Shown here piece after piece: positions 60,425 through 64,000 of a stretch of DNA of 64,000 nt. The DNA is from Pseudomonadota bacterium (GTDB lineage Bacteria > Campylobacterota > Campylobacteria > Campylobacterales > Sulfurimonadaceae), in NCBI GenBank assembly GCA_043797085.1, contig JAZDQA010000006.1:128001-192000 (forward strand), read 5' to 3'. The translations under genes and the position numbers were made by a program. The notes under the pieces are model-generated. The model had not been told where the DNA came from, did no database searches, and saw nothing but the letters and a program-made list of their open reading frames with translations. Position 1 is the stretch's first letter. Every line of letters begins with the position of its first letter.

Positions 60425-61837
60425 GTGATCCACTCTCACCGTTTCTCTCTGGACCAATTTGCCCCTATCGCGGTCTATGAAAAGTTAAAAGGTCTTTTCG
60501 CAGGAGAAATCTCTTTTCTCCTCGAAAGTGCAGGCAACAGTAATGGAAACTATACGATTATCGCATTGGGTGCACGAGAACGTCTGCGCTATATTGATGG
60601 TCAGACGCACTATACCAATGCCGACAACGAAATCATCATCTCTGGCGAGTCTCCTTTTGAATTTTTAAAACGCTATTACAGTGCCATTGATTACGATTTT
60701 TATCGCTCAAAAGCCAAAGAACTCGATATTGGATATATTGATGGATTTATCGGCTATATCGGCTACGATATGGTTCAAGTTTTTGAACCCACTCTAAAAG
60801 CTCACATGTCTGCTCTTGAAGATCAGACTCATATTCCTGATATGGATTTGATTTTACCGAAATTGGTAGCGGTTGTCTCCCATAAACACTCTACAATTAC
60901 CCTTATCAGTGCCCTAGCAGAGTTTCAAGACCAATTTTTAACGTTAGAGAATACCCTAAAATCACTCTACCACTATACTCCCCTTGTACCCATAAAAAAT
61001 GATCTTGGTGGGGATTTTATCCATACGAAATCACACTTTTTTGAAATGATTGATGCTTCAAAAGAGATGATTCGAAGCGGTGATGTTTTCCAAATTTTAA
61101 TGACCAACCGTTATATCCGTAATGCCACCGTTGATCCCTACAGCTTTTACCGTGTTTTACGGATTAAAAACCCTTCTCCTTACATGTATTTGATGGAGTA
61201 TGGTGATTTTAGCATCGTTGGAAGTTCTCCTGAGGTTATGGTGCGTTTGAGTGAGGGGGATATATTATTACGTCCTATCGCCGGAACACGTAAACGCGGC
61301 GGAAGTAAGCAGCGAGATACTCAACTCGAAGAAGAACTGCTATCGGATCCTAAAGAGCTGGCAGAACATTTGATGCTCATCGATTTGGGTCGAAATGATG
61401 TCGGGCGCGTTGCAGCGACTGGAACGGTACGGGTTGAAGAGATGATGCACGTGGAGCGTTATTCTCACGTAATGCATATCGTATCCGATGTTCACGCAAC
61501 GCTTCGTGACGATAAAGATATGTTTGATCTTCTTGCTGCCACCTTCACCGCCGGAACCATGACGGGTGCTCCTAAAATTCGTTCCATGGAGCTCATTGCA
61601 CAGCTTGAAGGGGTCAAAAGAGGTTTTTACAGCGGAACCATCGGCTATTTTGGTTTTGATGGCAATATGGACAGTGCCATTACGATTCGTACCGCACTTA
61701 TCAAAGACAATCAAATCATCCTCCAAGCAGGTGCGGGAATCGTTGCTGACTCCGTCCATGAGCTCGAATATCTCGAAGTGACCAACAAGCTCGGAGCTCT
61801 CACAAGTACCCTTGAAGATTTGATTGATCCTGCCTGA
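60425..61837 (+). CDS. trpE: Anthranilate synthase component I
   Basis: LLESA, NPSPYM, PIAGTR, EHLMLIDLGRND, GAPKIR and QAGAGIV. Confidence 0.92.
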   Translation: MIHSHRFSLDQFAPIAVYEKLKGLFAGEISFLLESAGNSNGNYTIIALGARERLRYIDGQTHYTNADNEIIISGESPFEFLKRYYSAIDYDFYRSKAKELDIGYIDGFIGYIGYDMVQVFEPTLKAHMSALEDQTHIPDMDLILPKLVAVVSHKHSTITLISALAEFQDQFLTLENTLKSLYHYTPLVPIKNDLGGDFIHTKSHFFEMIDASKEMIRSGDVFQILMTNRYIRNATVDPYSFYRVLRIKNPSPYMYLMEYGDFSIVGSSPEVMVRLSEGDILLRPIAGTRKRGGSKQRDTQLEEELLSDPKELAEHLMLIDLGRNDVGRVAATGTVRVEEMMHVERYSHVMHIVSDVHATLRDDKDMFDLLAATFTAGTMTGAPKIRSMELIAQLEGVKRGFYSGTIGYFGFDGNMDSAITIRTALIKDNQIILQAGAGIVADSVHELEYLEVTNKLGALTSTLEDLIDPA

Positions 61838-62628
61838 TGAACGTTTTTACCATCTTTGGTGATCCCGTAGGTCACTCTCGCTCACCACTTATGCACAACA
61901 CGGTTTTTAAAGCATTAGAGATAGATGCTTGCTATACCCGTACACATTTGTCTGATGGGGCAAAACTGCGTGATGTTTTTTTTGACAAAGCTCTCACTGG
62001 TGCGAATGTCACTGTCCCCCACAAAGAAACGGCATACGCCCAATGCGATGAAGTTCGCGGTATCGCTGGAGAAATCGGTACAGTCAATACCCTTATCCTA
62101 GAAAATGCTCGCTTAATCGGCTATAACACCGATGCTGATGGTTTTATTGCCGCTATCCAATCGTTTGGAGAACTCTCTACCGCATTGATTATCGGTGCAG
62201 GCGGAACGGCAAAAGCACTTGCTATCGCACTGCAACACCATGCCATCACCCCCACCATCCTCAATCGCTCATCAGGTCGGCTGGAGTATTTTAAAGAAAA
62301 AGAGTTTGAATCTTATGACTGGGAGACATTTATCCCCCGCTCTTTTGATCTCATCATCAACACAACCTCTGCGGGACTCACCGATAACGAGCTGCCCATT
62401 CCATTAGAACTTCTCACCGCATTGCTCGCAACGTCTAAAGGAGCTATCGACGTGATTTACGGCAAAGAAACTCCCTTTTTAGCCGAAGTCAAAAAAGGGA
62501 AGCTCCCCTATAAAGATGGTTCCGATATGTTGCTGGAACAAGGGGTGATTGCGAATGCTCTCTTTTTAAATAATAGTGTTTCAACCCAGCAGATTCGATC
62601 TATCATGCAACGAAGCTTTTTGTATTAA
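61837..62628 (+). CDS. aroE: Shikimate dehydrogenase
   Basis: HSRSPLMHN, GANVTVPHK, NTD and GAGGTA. Confidence 0.93.
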   Translation: MNVFTIFGDPVGHSRSPLMHNTVFKALEIDACYTRTHLSDGAKLRDVFFDKALTGANVTVPHKETAYAQCDEVRGIAGEIGTVNTLILENARLIGYNTDADGFIAAIQSFGELSTALIIGAGGTAKALAIALQHHAITPTILNRSSGRLEYFKEKEFESYDWETFIPRSFDLIINTTSAGLTDNELPIPLELLTALLATSKGAIDVIYGKETPFLAEVKKGKLPYKDGSDMLLEQGVIANALFLNNSVSTQQIRSIMQRSFLY

Positions 62629-62665
62629 CGCGTTATAATAACGAATCTTAATCAAAAGGCTCACA

Positions 62666-63199
62666 ATGTGCCGCTTCAATCAACTTAACAATGATGAAAA
62701 AATCCTTCTTCACAATCAACTATTGGCGTATGCTGCATCGGTTGGCGGAAAAAACTCTTTTTTAAAACTTTTAGAAACCATTAAAAAAACAACCCCGAAT
62801 CCGTTGCTTTCCAAAACATCCCTCTTGCGATTTCCAAAAGGGATACTCAAATGGAATAAAAACATCCACCGCGATAATCTTACACTTCTAAGTATACAAA
62901 TGAAGAACCGAAGCGAAGAGAATCAAAATCTTATGGCTCCAAAAGAGCATAGAACCTATAAAGATGTCACCAATATGCTTCGGGCATTAGGAACATTGAG
63001 TTTTACGGTTATTATGAACACGGAAGCAGACGGAAAAGGATTCGAAATCAAAGCCTTTGATATGCCGGACGGAGAAACGACGCTTATGAATCCTTTCTTT
63101 GAAATTCTTTTTTTCTGTCCTGTAAATACCACTAAAAAATTACTGAATTTTGAAGAAAAAGAAAATGCTGATAACGATGACAGTATCGAAGAAAATTAA
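62666..63199 (+). CDS. Hypothetical protein
   Basis: 177-aa ORF in operon orientation. Confidence 0.65.
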   Translation: MCRFNQLNNDEKILLHNQLLAYAASVGGKNSFLKLLETIKKTTPNPLLSKTSLLRFPKGILKWNKNIHRDNLTLLSIQMKNRSEENQNLMAPKEHRTYKDVTNMLRALGTLSFTVIMNTEADGKGFEIKAFDMPDGETTLMNPFFEILFFCPVNTTKKLLNFEEKENADNDDSIEEN

Positions 63200-63205
63200 A
63201 CAACG

Positions 63206-63982
63206 ATGAAAATTGACGGACGTTTTTGGCTCACTAAAGAGGGTCAAAGTTTTTTAGGTGCGGGGAGAATCGAACTTCTGGAGCGAATCGATCAAGTCGG
63301 CTCGATTAACGCTGCCGCCAAAGAGATGAAAATGAGCTATAAAGCGGCGTGGGAGCGAATCAACGGAATGAATGCCCTAGCCGACCAGCCACTCATAGAG
63401 CGCTCTACTGGTGGCCGTGGGGGCGGTGGAACAAAACTCACCCCTTACGCCCATGAACTCATCGCCACCTTTCATCGCTTGGGAGAACTCCATCGCCAGT
63501 TTATCGACCGTTTTTCCGAAGCAGGCAACGACCCCGAACGCCTCGCCCGCATCCTCAGCCGCACGTTTCTCACCACCAGTGCACGAAATCAGCTCCCATC
63601 TGTGCTCAAAGAGATAAATACCAGTGGTTTGCATTCTACATTGACGTTGGCACTACAAGGTGAAGATACACTCCGCTCAACCATCACCGCCAAATCGGTA
63701 GAGAATATGGGATTAACCCTCGGATGTGATACCTATGCGATTATCAAATCAAGTGACATCGCTATCGCATCATCGCGTCCAAAATCTGAAACAACCGATA
63801 ATATCCTCAGTGGGACTATCGAAACATTGGAAAGATCGGGAGAGAATATAGAGATTGCACTCCGATTAGACGGTGGAACACTCCTCATCGCCCTCGAAAA
63901 ACAAGATGCCCTGCAAAATTTGCAAGTGGGCATGAGTGCCTACGCTGTTATCTCACCGTTGCATATTATTATTGGGTTATAA
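63206..63982 (+). CDS. modE: Molybdate-responsive regulator ModE
   Basis: GSINAAAKEMKMSYKAAW, GGRGGGGTKLT, TSARNQL and two TOBE domains. Confidence 0.92.
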   Translation: MKIDGRFWLTKEGQSFLGAGRIELLERIDQVGSINAAAKEMKMSYKAAWERINGMNALADQPLIERSTGGRGGGGTKLTPYAHELIATFHRLGELHRQFIDRFSEAGNDPERLARILSRTFLTTSARNQLPSVLKEINTSGLHSTLTLALQGEDTLRSTITAKSVENMGLTLGCDTYAIIKSSDIAIASSRPKSETTDNILSGTIETLERSGENIEIALRLDGGTLLIALEKQDALQNLQVGMSAYAVISPLHIIIGL

Positions 63983-64000
63983 CTATACTTCCATTTCTAA

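Noticed and set aside
1..64000. CRISPR array, retron or DGR
   Set aside because: No repeat-spacer array, cas gene or reverse transcriptase motif seen. The hairpins and RNase H have no RT partner in the window.

Overview
Campylobacterota chromosome, Sulfuricurvum/Sulfurimonas-like (inferred from gene content and order, not checked by search). Positions 1-2.35 kb and 34.7-64 kb hold ordinary host genes: cobB, flgL, ftsK, acnB, dbpA, PAS+MCP, gap, hisG, coaX, a Xer recombinase, gatC, pilT, a PerR-like gene, class II DAHP synthase, GGDEF, cvpA, fur, lysS, glyA, trpE, aroE and modE. Between them is a ~32-kb island (2503-34640) integrated in tRNA-Leu(CAA), with a 56-bp att repeat, a tyrosine integrase and arm-type repeats at both ends. 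The island appears nested: a tRNA-Leu(TAG) 3'-half att fragment at 4788 truncates a gene, and an integrase C-terminal relic lies at 34207-34299. Cargo: (i) a WYL regulator with a DriD-type palindrome ahead of an operon encoding a stand-alone FtsZ N-domain protein and glycine-zipper membrane proteins; (ii) an MBL hydrolase/protease/ABC-3C (Lamassu-type) defence operon; (iii) a type I R-M system with rhuM; (iv) a DUF932/Rad52-like/DUF2958 module; (v) an Xis-RNase H-SF3 helicase module; (vi) a wHTH-GGCT + amidoligase pair laid out like a toxin-antitoxin operon. Items (vi) and (i) are the best candidates for undescribed systems. All family calls come from motif recognition by eye; no searches were run.
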